This document shows, piece by piece, positions 23,201-35,257 of a DNA stretch of 64,000 nt. The stretch covers positions 4,008,784 through 4,072,783 of the forward strand of contig CM121341.1 in the NCBI GenBank assembly GCA_051530055.1, read 5' to 3'. Under the pieces are notes generated by a model, which was not told where the DNA came from, did not search any database, and worked only from the letters and a program-made list of their open reading frames with translations. Position numbers and translations under genes: made by a program. Within the stretch, counting starts at the first letter, position 1. Each line of letters starts with the position of its first letter. This stretch comes from Neoechinorhynchus agilis (Eukaryota > Animalia > Acanthocephala).

Positions 23201-25876
23201 TTCGCTCTCTCTCTCGCTAAAGCATTCTAATAGCTGTCAAGTTCTAATCCGCGAAATCGAATCCGATCTAAACTATCTTTTGGTTCGATTACTCAGCAAC
23301 GAATGGTATGTATATAAATATGTAATCAATTTTTTGTAGCCTAGAAATAACCTCTAGTTATAAATATTAGGCTTACAGATAAAGACATGATTGGAAGTAG
23401 TGATTGCATTGTTGACACATGCATCGCAACATTCGATGATTATTATCATAATGAATACTCACATCTCAAAAGACCGTTGCTTCATTATCTATGCTATAAT
23501 TTACATTTAAGAATTTTGAAATATTTCCTTCGAGGAGTCCTTCAATGGTTTGTTGATCTTGATAACAAGTACAAATCTTTATCTAGTCGAATAGTCAACA
23601 AACCCAATCAAGTGGAATACAACATAGTGCATTCGGAGGAATATTAGGCAGATCTACCAATATCCAACTTTCGGGATCATCTTCGTTCGCTCTACTCAAA
23701 TTTAGTGATGCAGTCGGTCGTCGAAAATGTGCCAATAAGCTTGCTGTAAATGGCTGGTATTCGTAACATTTTCTTTACTACGTTCTTCTTCTATAATTCC
23801 TCTCGAATAATCTCAGTAATGAATTTTTGGAAAAAATAGTACAGAGCCTTCGGTGCTTTTGCGTGAGCTTTTTTTATTCAAAATTCCAAGTCTCTGATAT
23901 CCACAATTTTATGTATCATTTTTCTAAACTGATTCATTAATTTTGGTCTTCGGTGAGCTGCCACAACCCCGAGTTTAATTCTCGGGTCTTTACTACGTTC
24001 TTCTTCTATAATTCCTCTCGAATAATCTCAGTAATGAATTTTTGGAAAAAATAGTACAGAGCCTTCGGTGCTTTTGCGTGAGCTTTTTTTATTCAAAATT
24101 CCAAGTCTCTGATATCCACAATTTTATGTATCATTTTTCTAAACTGATTCATTAATTTTGGTCTTCGGTGAGCTGCCACAACCCCGAGTTTAATTCTCGG
24201 GGGGGGTGACCGCTCAGAAGACCAAAATTAGATTCCCCCGAATGTAATTCTCAAAGAAATATTCATTAATCTTTATTTTATTAAACTTTAAGAAATGCTA
24301 AACTTAAAAATGTCAATGGCAACGCACTTTTTTGTACGAACATAACCAACTCAATGGAAAAAACATTCTCTTTACTACGTTCTTCTTCTATAATTCCTCT
24401 CGAATAATCTCAGTAATGAATTTTGGAAAAAATAGTACAGAGCCTTCGGTGCTTTTCGTGAGCTTTTTTTATTCAAAATTCCAAGTCTCTGATATCCACA
24501 ATTTATGTATCATTTTTCTAGATTCATTTCTTCGAGCTCCACAACCCCGAGTTTAATTCTCGGGGGGGGGTGACCGCTCACCGAAGACCAAAATTAGATT
24601 CCCCCGAATGTAATTCTCAAAGAAATGATTCATTAATCTTTATTTTATTAAACTTTATAGAAATGCTAAACTTAAAAAATGTCAATGGCAACGCACTTTT
24701 TTTGTAGCGAACATAACCAACTCAAGTGCGGGAAAAAACATTCTCTTTACTACGTTCTTCTTCTATAATTCCTCTCGAATAATCTCAGTAATGAATTTCT
24801 GGAAAAAATAGTACAGAGCCTTCGGATGCAGCCATCCTAATTCTTAGTACAGATATCAATGCTAAGAACGACATTTGGTTTGCAATGACAACCAAGGACT
24901 ATCCTGAATTGCTTTGCTATTAACACATAGCATTTTCTCGCAAAAACGCATTACTTTTAGGCGGGAAAAACCAGTGGGACCAAGTGATTTCTTGCTTTTG
25001 CATAAGTGTGCCTTATTCTCACCATTTACTTGACAGAAACATTGAGAGGCTGAGAAAAGCCATCAAGTTAATTCAGGCGCTCTGTTGCATAAGTAAGCAA
25101 CTCTTGCAAATTGCATTTGGTCGTCCACATATCCGATTCTTTTTTTATCAATGCTTTCTAAATCTTGGGAGACATCTTTTTTTATGGCTGTATTAGCATT
25201 TGATTTACATTCGGAGCTCTTATCGATCCACAACAGTGGATGTAATTATGCATGCCGCTTGTAATTTTCTTGCAGAAGGCTGAAATTTATATTTTTTTAA
25301 TGATCACTCTTTTTTTTAAAAGCTTAGTGCACTCTTTTGTGCCGTTGCTTGTCGTCGTAATTGAACTTCTTTCACTCACCCATTGCACTCGTCATGTGTT
25401 GAATGTTACTCTTTCATCGTGAGTTATGAACACCCGTCGAAGAAGCTGACGATTTTCTTAAATGTTTCCGCACACGAGATCCATTTTTTGACAAGGAACC
25501 TTACCTCTTCGATGTACTTAAAGTGATAGCTGAAATTCTGCGTGGAAATGATTCCGATTCTATAGTTCTTGAACTGGCGGTATGTTTTTTTTCGTTTGCT
25601 TCGTAAATGTAAACTTGCTTTCGCACAGTCTCTTCATAAGAAGCAACCAAGCTTAAATTTGGATCAAGCAACGGCTATTTTAGTTTTGAGGGGCGATATG
25701 ACTCGAAATGAAGCACGATCGGTTAGTCTTTTATTCGCTCGTCTAATCGATTTTTTTTCGCTTTGAATTAACAGAAAGCGGAAAGTGCACTAGGAACCAA
25801 TACAGTTGCCGTTGAAGGAATTTTCTCAAAGATTAATGTTGATGAACCAATTGGGAAACATCCTGGTTCTGAATAA
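20219..25876 (+). CDS. EXOC3: Exocyst component Sec6/EXOC3, multi-exon
   Basis: Spliced by hand: KQK|AAVDEHLK..QLDNVRSA, LLIAHKVILDLESSR, SAFRIIEREE, WLVRHLELIR..DL, IVDTCIATFDDY, LAEI-like IAEILRGNDSDSIVLELA, LVLRGD, GIFSKI. Most traced introns are GT-AG of 43-60 nt. One junction near 23.9-25.4 kb is unresolved. Confidence 0.9.
22219..22620. mobile_element. Rearranged CRE-clade fragment in a Sec6 intron (inverted 3' end joined to a post-RT fragment)
   Basis: ELPSHQTLFLIKNALFLPKL..FFKH matches 47749-47988. 22219-22257 is the reverse complement of the ...GCGGGGCAATGC...TTTTGGCCAGCG.CGATGA end at 49510-49550. Confidence 0.8.
23772..24825 (+). repeat. Tandem duplication (216- then ~378-bp steps) containing a 46-nt Sec6 exon with its splice sites
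   Basis: TCTCAG|TAATGAATTTTTGGAAAAAATAGTACAGAGCCTTCGGTGCTTTTGC|GTGAG at 23817 and 24032. An indel copy at 24414 and a donor-less copy at 24789. Confidence 0.85.
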
Positions 25877-25951
25877 AATATTTTACTAAAAGAAATCTGA
25901 CGCCAACTGGTGCCCTTCGCTTTTCTTTGGTACTCTCATTTTCAGATAAAG

Positions 25952-27113
25952 ATGAACATTTCACGTTCAACGTTCCTAATTCCAACGATTTTCATCTTTT
26001 ACTTCTACCTGACGGTAAAGATGTTGGCACCAGTTAGTCTAAGCGCTCTCGTGACTGTCATCTTCGCTGGATTTTATTTTGGAACTTGCATGAATCAATG
26101 CAAGAAAACCCAAGTAGAAGAATGGATCAAAAGATGTCTTAGTGGAAAACTAAAACAGGCATTTATTAGTCATCGTGGCGAAAGTGGTCTTTATCCTGAA
26201 AATACTCTTGCTGCATTTAAAGAAGCTATTAGAAAAGGAGCTACAGCAATCGAAGTCGACCTGAGACTTAGTAAAGATGGCCACATTGTATTATCGCATG
26301 ACGGTTTTCTAAGGAGCGTCTGATATTTTCTGTAAGGATAATCAATGAAAGTGTCCGGCGCTCAATCGAACGGTGTACAAACGGTTCAGGAAAAGTGTGT
26401 GATTTTACTTTCGACCAATTGAAGCTTCTTAAGACAAAAATGAGCGATGGACGATTGACTGATGAGCCGATTGCGAGTTTAATTGAAGTCATCGGACTTT
26501 GTACTGAAAACGATACGTTGATTATTCTCGACATAAAGGACGGATCCATGGCAGCGGTAGTCGATTGAACCGTCCGAAATACTTTCATCTTGCTTTTGGG
26601 CTACTGAAACCTCGTCTAAGACGATTCTCAGTTGATTATCGCTGCATTAGACAAATGACAATCAATTTGTCTTCTTTACTGCGAACAAATTCTTCGTTTC
26701 TTCGACTAGCCCTCGTTGCATCGTTTAATCCTCTTGTAACCGCAGCCGTAAAATCCAGAGTACCAAACGTACTAACTGCGCTCTCTTACCGTCCAAGTGT
26801 ATTTCGAACAAATCCTGAGATAAAGGATAAATTGAACTTTGCCAAATACTATTGGTTCACCGCACTCGATCTTCTGATGGGCTATTGTGTAGAAAATGTA
26901 TTTTGGCTCTATATCGGATGTGAGTTTATTTTGCTTCATCGATCACTCATGTGCTCAGATGTTGTGGAAAAGTGGGCTGGAAGGAATATTCAGACGATTT
27001 ATTGGGTGGTAAATCTCGATCATGAACAAATCGTGTGCCACGAAATGGGATGTCCCGTGATTGCCAATAAGGCGAAAATGCTTGCTCATGTTGTTGATGT
27101 GACACAGTTTTGA
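25952..27113 (+). CDS. Glycerophosphodiester phosphodiesterase (GDE1-like); internal junctions unresolved
   Basis: N-terminal [23 protein letters not shown]...[54 protein letters not shown]. Frame changes near 26.3 and 26.6 kb could not be fitted to clean introns. Confidence 0.85.
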
Positions 27114-27726
27114 ATGCCGATTAGATTCTAAGCGAATTTACTGTTGTCTACGTGTGTGAGATCTGATGAGAAATTATTACGATTGATTTGTGTGTGTGTT
27201 CGGCTGAATTGAACCATTTTTTGCCCTAATGCGTCTTTTAGACATTTCTTAGATTATCCATAAAATACTTTGATTTGTTCATGTGAGTTTTAACGACCAA
27301 CAAACCTCTCCACTACAGGTAACCATCATCTCTATCTAAAATCATTTGGATGATTCATAAAAAAAAGAAATTTTGATTTTAAATACGCTTTGAACCTTGT
27401 CTCGTTGAAAACTAATGACTGACGAGGTTACATCGTGAAATATTTCAAGTAAACTAAAAATATGCTAAGCTCGAGGCTATTATGCTCACCGAAATTATAA
27501 AAGGATTTAAAGACATCGACAAAAAAATCCACCGATATCTCTGTTACGAAAACTTGATGTGTCAAATTACCTCTAAAACTACGCTGATTCATTTTTCTGG
27601 GGGGGATTTATGTGGATGAAGGTGTAATGCGGTCTTTTAAAAATATATAAATCCGTCGACCGAATATGTGGGTGACACTCACGATTTCCAAAATAATTGG
27701 TTTTTATTAAAAAGAATAAAAAAAAA

Positions 27727-28959
27727 TCAGCACGGCATCACGACTCCTGAAGCCGAGTTTTGAGCCGCCAGAATATAATCACTGAGTGAACTATATCCAA
27801 GACTTATTTCCTGTTTGTATTTTTTAAGTGCTTCTAGACGTTCACTCTTTGATTGAACATAGCTGACGTATAGAAATTTCCCATCGATCGGTGACAAATG
27901 CATTTCCTTTTTTGCCTTTTCTGCGTCCCCCAAGTGCTTAAAATTCACGAATCCGAAACATTTGGAACTCCCATTTTCGTCTCGGGTTATCTTTACACTA
28001 AAAATTTCCCCATACAAGTCAAACATCTTTTTTAACTTTTCCTCGTTCAAATCCGGGCCAAAATGCTTTACATAAAGACTTTTCTTTGATCCTTCCATAT
28101 GCTTTTGACTCAATAAATATTGCCTTTCAGATTTTCGTTGGGCGTAAGAAATGTAAAGACCTTCTTTTGTTTCCAGTTCATTCTTTGCGATTCGTGCAGA
28201 TTCGTCGTTATCGTAAGAAACAAATCCAAACCCTCTACTTAGACCTCCTTCATCTCGCATTATTTTTAAACTTGTGATTCTACCGAACGGTTCAAAGATT
28301 TTCTCCAATTGTTTCTCGTCGACGTCTCTACGGAAATGTTTAACATAAAGATTATTTGCTTTTGGAACACTGACACTCTTTCCTAATCCAACTCTTTCAG
28401 CTCTCGGTCTAAAGTAATCCAGCCGTACAATTTGGTCTTCGATCATCTTTCGATCGACCCTTTCGATAGCTCGTTCTGCATCCTGTGGATTTTCGAAATC
28501 AATGTAGCCGTATCCTAGACTTCTACCGAAACTATCCCTCGAAATTCTGCACGATCCAACAGGGCCGAATTGATCGAACGTTTCATAGAGTTCTCTATCC
28601 ATTATGGTTTTCTTTAGATTTCTTATAAAGACGTTCGTCTTCCTTGTTGATTGAACGTCCTTGCCGGTAAAGGTCTTTGCAAACATTATTCGAATCGGTT
28701 TTGTTGGGAAACAACAATAGCTGAGAATTTCCTTTGCTTTCTGAGCTTCGGCTAAGCGTTTAAATTGAACAAATCCAAATCCCCGCGATGATCCGTCTTT
28801 TTGCCTCTTGATTATCACTGACTGAATATCCCCGAAAGGACAAAACAAATTGAACAAATGTATCTCCGAAATCTCTTTCTCCAAGTTTCCGACATACATG
28901 CAAATTCCTGAAGTGATTGGGTTCTGAGCGTGTTTTACAGATTGATCCATTTGATTCAT
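27727..28959 (-). CDS. Intronless poly(A)-binding-protein-like, four RRMs, no MLLE domain
   Basis: MYVGNL..SRGFGFVQF..KPIRIMF, NVFIRNL..SLGYGYIDF, NLYVKHF..GFGFVSY..YAQRKSER, LYVKHFG..FGFVNF..VQSKSER. Ends about 30 aa after the last RRM. Confidence 0.88.
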   Translation of the reverse strand: MNQMDQSVKHAQNPITSGICMYVGNLEKEISEIHLFNLFCPFGDIQSVIIKRQKDGSSRGFGFVQFKRLAEAQKAKEILSYCCFPTKPIRIMFAKTFTGKDVQSTRKTNVFIRNLKKTIMDRELYETFDQFGPVGSCRISRDSFGRSLGYGYIDFENPQDAERAIERVDRKMIEDQIVRLDYFRPRAERVGLGKSVSVPKANNLYVKHFRRDVDEKQLEKIFEPFGRITSLKIMRDEGGLSRGFGFVSYDNDESARIAKNELETKEGLYISYAQRKSERQYLLSQKHMEGSKKSLYVKHFGPDLNEEKLKKMFDLYGEIFSVKITRDENGSSKCFGFVNFKHLGDAEKAKKEMHLSPIDGKFLYVSYVQSKSERLEALKKYKQEISLGYSSLSDYILAAQNSASGVVMPC

Positions 28960-29693
28960 AAGGTTTTTAGTGCTAACTAAAGTCTCGAATGGAGAAACTT
29001 TGATGAAGAAAAAACGGACAGTGCCTACCTTTGAACAAGTAGAAAGCAACTCTTGTATTTCGGTGGTGTTTCCAGAACCTGCGTTTCCATAACGACCACC
29101 AGTAAAATCTTTTTATTTTTCTGGATTCTGATTGGCTGGATTTCGCGGATGTGAAACTACCTTGAATTTATAGAAACTTAGAGAGAGAGAGATTTCTTGT
29201 TTTTGGTATCTTATACGACTTTTGGTTCTACTTATTTAGTACAAAGAATAAAATTGTTTAATATGTTAAGCTCATCGCAGACTTTTACAGAAAAACTCCA
29301 TTGTTTCACACTTTCAGTGACTCTCGTGAAATCATTGTTGGATTTTAGGAGTGATAATTTAATGGAGTCATAGCTAAACATCGCCTTCTCAGAATCCTTA
29401 ACTGGTCTCCTCAATTCATACCTTCACCGATTCGTATCGTTAGACCCTCTGCTAAAATCTTTTCTCGAATCTGTGTCACCACTATCCCTTCCCTCATTTT
29501 GATTGGAACAAGGGCGAAAAATGTCCGTAGAAATCAACAATTGAATCTCGTATCAAAACGCGTTTTGTCCAAAATATTGGCTAGAAATATTGGTTTTGTG
29601 TAACATTTAAGCAGTTCGTTTTCACTCGAATATATTAATTAAGCGTAAATTATCGCTGATCAAACAATGTCCTTCCCAAGAAACTCATTAAAT

Positions 29694-30633
29694 TCATTTT
29701 TTATCTATGACATTTAGCTCAAAATGGTTGAAATTCACAGAGGTCTTCGAATTTCGGTCGGTTTTACGCTGCTTTCGCCTTCTTTTACAGCAAAAACATG
29801 CACAGAATAAACATTTTATCACGATTGCCACAATAGCGACGAACACGAGGATCGTAATCACGAAACTATTATCTTCGACTTTCCTCGTTTCTGAAAGCAG
29901 TTTACTGCTATTATTTGCGGAAGGCATAAATGTAGACATCGATACTTTTTGTGTATTCATTGTACTTATTGTTGAGTGACCGTTATTCACATCAATTGAC
30001 GTTCGAATCTTCGAGTTTTCTTCGTCCAATAACATTTTATAGATAACGTTTTGATGCTTGTTAACAGGTTTTGCTAAACAAAACAAAAACCAATGAAATC
30101 GAATCATAAAAAGGTTTCTGATTTCTATCGAAAAAAAGTCTCAAAACCCAGAGTTTACCCTATTCTCTAAAATTCAAAATAGCTGAAAACAGAACGGTGC
30201 CAATTATTTTTATAGGACTCACCTTCCTGTTGTTCTTTTTGGGAGTACGGTATAAATATTATTTGTTCAGAATTGTGAACTTTTTCTAAACAAAATAAAA
30301 CCAATGAAATGGAATCATAAGAGGTTTTGGATTTCTATTCAAGAAAGTTCCGAAACCCAGAGTTTTCTAGGACTCACCATCCGAGTGTTTTTGTGATAAC
30401 TGCGGATTATCGGTATTTTCTTGGGCTTTGTCAACGGGTTCCTCTAAACAAATTAAGAGCGTTGAAATCGATCTATTTAAGAAAATCTTGAATTTTTTCT
30501 AGGACTCACCATCCGAGTCTTCTTTTGGGAAATGCGGTATCATGGTATCATTTGTGGAATATATAAATGCTTTCTTTGATGGACGCGGCCGTATTCTTGG
30601 CCCCAAACGAGCAAACAAACCGTAGATACTCAT
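29694..30633 (-). CDS. Single-pass membrane protein paralog 1 (4 exons, Ser/Thr-rich ectodomain, Cys-rich juxtamembrane)
   Basis: Three phase-1 donors G|GTGAGTCC. Last exon starts at 30073 after TTTTAG. TM FVITILVFVAIVAIVI followed by KCLFCACFCCKRRRK. Confidence 0.7.
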
Positions 30634-31698
30634 TCTTAGAATGAAGTTGGATATTTTGGAGAAGAGCTTGAAAAGAACGTCTTTTATAATAATACGGCGT
30701 GTCAACATGTCCTAGACGTGTTTTTGAGATTTACTCACGAAATGTCCTACTTGGCGAAGACCCATAGAGAATGTTTTTAAATAATAGTCTTAAGTTTTTC
30801 GATCCAATTACATTTTCTTTTCGTCCAGAAGACCAACAGGGAAAGTCCAGTGTCTAGTGGAGGGGGGCAGCGGATCCGGAAAAAAAGGTGACGTTTTGGA
30901 TATAACGGCTGACAATGTCGAGTGTGACCCCCGTTGGGGCGGTAAAAGATCGAGACAGCTAGCTCCGACCTGCTTCTATGTGGGCTAAGGAAGTTTTTAA
31001 CTAATCAACGAATTCCTTTTGGATCAATTAGCAAACTAAAAGGACGACATCAATGATCGGCTACGGGCTGGAGCGGTCGACGACATTCGTAAAATTTTCA
31101 TGCAGATACATGTCAAGAAGGATAAATCTTAAGCTGCTGTGGGGTTACAAGCAGAACTGATCTTTTTTATAATCTTCATGGCAGCTTTAGTATCCCTAAG
31201 CTAAACAAGTAACCTGAATGGCCAATATGGAGTTCGGTCTAAGTTAATTGAGGCCTTTAATAGATAAATTCCATCGTTTTTAGAGCGCTTCACTTTTCGC
31301 CACAAAACTTGATATTTTCTCAAACAACCGAACAATCTACTCAAAGATTAACCACGGACGGAGACTGGTAATTTATGGGTAAAAAGGAACCGGAAAAACG
31401 ATCTAAGAATTTCCAAGTGAGCAAAATGTGAAGGGGAAAGCGGTGAAATGAGTTGTCATCGGTTTAATGGCCGCATCTAACAACCTATGGAAAGTGTATT
31501 CAGTCTCCGAAATCGATACTTTTAAAAGATTCAAAAGGAACTTCTTTTTTTTGAATGTGCAATTGTACAACAGTAACGTAGATTACAGATTGAGATCAAA
31601 GTGATTAAATGCTAGACGCTAAAGGTTCTTTAATAAGTTTAATTATTTTAGAATTTTTATATGTGGCTCGGCCGGTAGTCTTTTGATAGATATTTTCT

Positions 31699-32237
31699 TT
31701 CCATACACGGCCGAATGGACACATAGTCCACCGATCACTGAACCATCCGGTAAAAGAGTTTATACATCCTCGTCCGGATTCTCAGATACCTCCCGATGAG
31801 GCGGGACTCTCATTTGTGAGTTTCCTCCCTTCAACGAGGTATTTCGTCCTCTTTTTGGTTGTGCGTCATCTTTGGTAACGGATTCGAACCAGTTGACCTT
31901 ACCGGCTGAGCCACATATAAAAAATTCTAAAAAATCGGAAAGCTTATCCAGGCCAATGTATGGCGAAGTTTGTACATTCCGCAGTGTGCTGAGGTGGTCA
32001 AGTGGACTAATGCTCCAATCGCCGATGACACTCACAATCAAAAGGGGACGAAATACCCCGATGAAGGGAAGAGGAAACTCACCAATGGGAGTGCCACCTC
32101 CCCGGGAGGTATCTGAGAATCCGGGGGAATTCACACAAACTCATTTACCGTACGGTCTTGGAGCATTGAGTGCAGACCAGCGGTTCCCAGACCAATGAAT
32201 AGGCGCACTGCGAGTGTCCATTCGGCCGTGTATGGAA
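31699..32237. mobile_element. MITE-like foldback element A
   Basis: 24-bp TIR TTCCATACACGGCCGAATGGACAC / GTGTCCATTCGGCCGTGTATGGAA plus imperfect internal inverted arms. Interior shared with 41065-41546. Confidence 0.8.
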
Positions 32238-32739
32238 AAAATATATTCGAAAGATGATTGCGGATATGAAGAATTAGATCCGAAATCAACTAGGATTTTC
32301 GAAACGATGAGATAGCGAAAAATATCTTGAACAATATACAAATTGCAGAACTATATGGACACATTAAGACGCGGATAAAAAAAGATCCGTTACACGCAAT
32401 CGAACCAATATTTTTTGGTTCTGGAATCAAAATGTCAATAATCAGTTCAATATCAGTGATCGGTCAAACAAAAAAGCGTATCGCTAAAATTTACGAGATG
32501 GTTTGAAGAATGCTCTGCGTGAAGCAGAATCTTAATTTTCATTAATACGACGACCTTTTTTTGTTCGAAATTGGTTAAAAATAACAGGAAATTAAATCAG
32601 CTATCGAATCAAAACGAGTTTTGTCTAGCCGTTCGTTTGCTCGATTATCAGGCCGAAGACTTGTTAACTCATTAAAATCATTTTTTTATTGGAGAAATCA
32701 AGCTCAAAAGGTTTGAAATTCACAGAAGCTTAACGCGTT

Positions 32740-33232
32740 TTATTGGTCGGTTTCACGCTGCTTTCGCCTTCTTTTACAGCAAAAACATGCACAGAATAAC
32801 CATTTTATCACGATCATTAGAATAGCGACGAACACGAGGATCGTAATCACGAAACTATTATCTTCGACTTTCTTCGTTACCGTGGGAGGCATAAATGTAG
32901 ACTTCGATGCTTGTTGTGTATCCATTGTACTTATTGCTACTGAGTAGTTTAAACTAAAATAGTCAATCTCACCGTTAAGAACATCAATTGGTATCGGAAT
33001 CTTCGAATCTCCTTTTTTGAAAAACAGTTTATCGATAATTCCATGATGCTTGTTAACAGGTTTTGCTAAACAAACCAAAAAGCAATGAAATCGAATCATT
33101 AAAAGGTCTCTGATTTCTATCGAAAAAAAGTCTCAAGCGGAACGGTGTCAATTTTTTTTGTTAAAAAAGCTAACCAATTATTAAAGTTGATAATGCAGAG
33201 AAAGTCAGTGCACAGAAATGGTTGATACTCAT
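32740..33232 (-). CDS. Single-pass membrane protein paralog 2 (signal-peptide exon plus TM exon)
   Basis: Exon 33232-33175 MSINHFCALTFSALSTLII, G|GTTAG donor, TTTAG acceptor to exon 33065-32740. TM followed by KWLFCACFCCKRRRK. Confidence 0.75.
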
Positions 33233-33379
33233 TCTTAGAATGAAGTTGGATATTTTGGAGAAGAGCTTGAAAAGAACGTCTTTTATAATAATACGGCGTG
33301 TCAACTTGTCCTAGACGTGTTTTTGAGATTTACTCACGATAGGGTTATAAAAATTAAAAAGCCTCGTAGATATCGTTTT

Positions 33380-33590
33380 TTAAAAGTGACGTTTTGAACC
33401 TCGTCGGGTATTGTCCATTTCGTTTATTTTGTAACCTCGTCCGTTCCTTGCGCTAAATTCGATAAAACAAATCAAAGTTTGATCACAATTGGCCCGCCGC
33501 ACGTTTTCTGTCAATCTCATCTTCAGATTCCTGCTTGTTTGTCCGATATGTAATTGCTGTTGCATTTTTCAATTGGCATTCGCTAATCGG
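33380..33590 (-). mobile_element. Degenerate Penelope-like GIY-YIG remnant
   Basis: With one frameshift it reads ECQLK-CNSNY-IGQTSRNLKMRLTE, matching CxxC..YIGQTxRxLxxRxxEH. Confidence 0.65.
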
Positions 33591-33624
33591 ATTCGACCGT
33601 TTCGTTTGAGTCACTTGTATTTTA

Positions 33625-33662
33625 GAACTGATGATAAACCCGACGAGGCTAGAAACGTCTTT
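33625..33662 (+). ncRNA. Degenerate minimal hammerhead ribozyme (PLE type)
   Basis: GAA-CTGATGA-TAAACCCGACGAGGCTA-GAAACGTC-TTT has intact cores and an ACGU palindromic stem III. Stem II is partly mismatched. Confidence 0.55.
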
Positions 33663-34009
33663 AATAAATCGTTCTCTACGGGCCTTCAAAGATTTTGTTG
33701 GATAAAAGGATCGAAGGTGTGAACATTGGCTAGAAACGACGGTCTCGACGCCAAACGGAATGAAATAATGTTTTTAAACCAAACTTTTTGCAATCCCCGA
33801 TTTAATAACCGACATTTGCCTTCTTATTCCATTAGAAAGCTACATGTCTTCTAATCGCGACCCATAAATCCCTCAGATTTGTCTTCTTCGGAGGAAAAGA
33901 CATTCTTTTGATAGTTTTGCCACGCTCTCAGATTTAAATTAACTTATTAGATATTTATTTTAAAACGGCATGATTATTAAAGTTATTCGATTACATTTCT
34001 TTAGAGATG

Positions 34010-34300
34010 TTATGTTTGTTCGGCAGCTTCCTTGATGGCCGCGGCATTGCCGCGTTGGATCGCCGCGCTGATTCGCAGCAACAGGAAGCTGCTGGATCGC
34101 ATATCGCCGGTGGCATGTTTTAGCATCCCTCCCAGTCGTGAGAGGAAATAATCGGCTTCTTTTCCGAGACATCCCAGTGTTTCCACCGCAATCGGGATGA
34201 AAATATATTGATGCCCATCGAGCGAGGAGTACTTCTGCTGCTTCTTTTCCTCGCTGAAGCTGGCGACTGGATTGAATTTTTTTCGAAAACAACAAAAAAA
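34010..34300 (-). mobile_element. CRE-clade non-LTR retrotransposon 3' remnant (REL endonuclease end)
   Basis: EEKKQQKYSSL...FIPIAVETLGCLG...RISAAIQRGNAAAI. Confidence 0.85.
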
Positions 34301-34849
34301 ACCTTTGGAAAATGTCCGAATTATCAAAAAATTGAAATCCCCGGGATTAAAAATATCGAGATTGCCGTAATGCGAAGTAATCCAAAGGTACATTTCTGAT
34401 TAGGTATTGTATAACTTTTTAAACATGAAACAATAAACCTCTTGCTGGTCCTCGAAGAAACTGTGGAATTTTACAATGTTTGCGTGCCAGTTTCCTATGA
34501 ATTTCGATCTCTTGGAGCATTTTGACAAGCAGCGTTTTCAATACGATTTTTTTGCCTCCATGCAAACAAATAAGTCTGCGATTGATGACTACTTTCAATC
34601 CCATAACTCGGTACCCATTCCTCACATATCAACATTTCGTTAAAAGGTGAAGCTCGGAACTTTTTGGAACTCAACATTTTTTTCGGGAAGATCTTACGTC
34701 AAAACATTGGTTTTGTGATGGAAAAGAAACGCAGAGAGCGACACCTCTTCTCGATGGACGTTTTGTAATTGTTTAAACATTTTAGCGATCGCTCACAAAC
34801 TGTTTTATGCAACACAACTCTTCAGTCCGCGTCCCAATGACGTAATCGT

Positions 34850-34865
34850 GGCCCTTAAGAGGGCC
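34850..34865 (-). promoter_or_regulatory. Histone mRNA 3' stem-loop
   Basis: GGCCCT-CTTA-AGGGCC followed by ACGA, 32 nt after the H4 stop. Confidence 0.9.
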
Positions 34866-34897
34866 TATAAAAACGTGCGCGTCACCTCGCTGATTGC

Positions 34898-35257
<360 letters not shown>

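Noticed and set aside
26290-26640. Non-canonical (GA-AG or GG-AG) introns to repair GDPD and CDT2 frames
   Set aside because: The Sec6, EFHD and membrane-protein introns I could trace are canonical. Single-base errors are a simpler explanation, and cDNA is needed.
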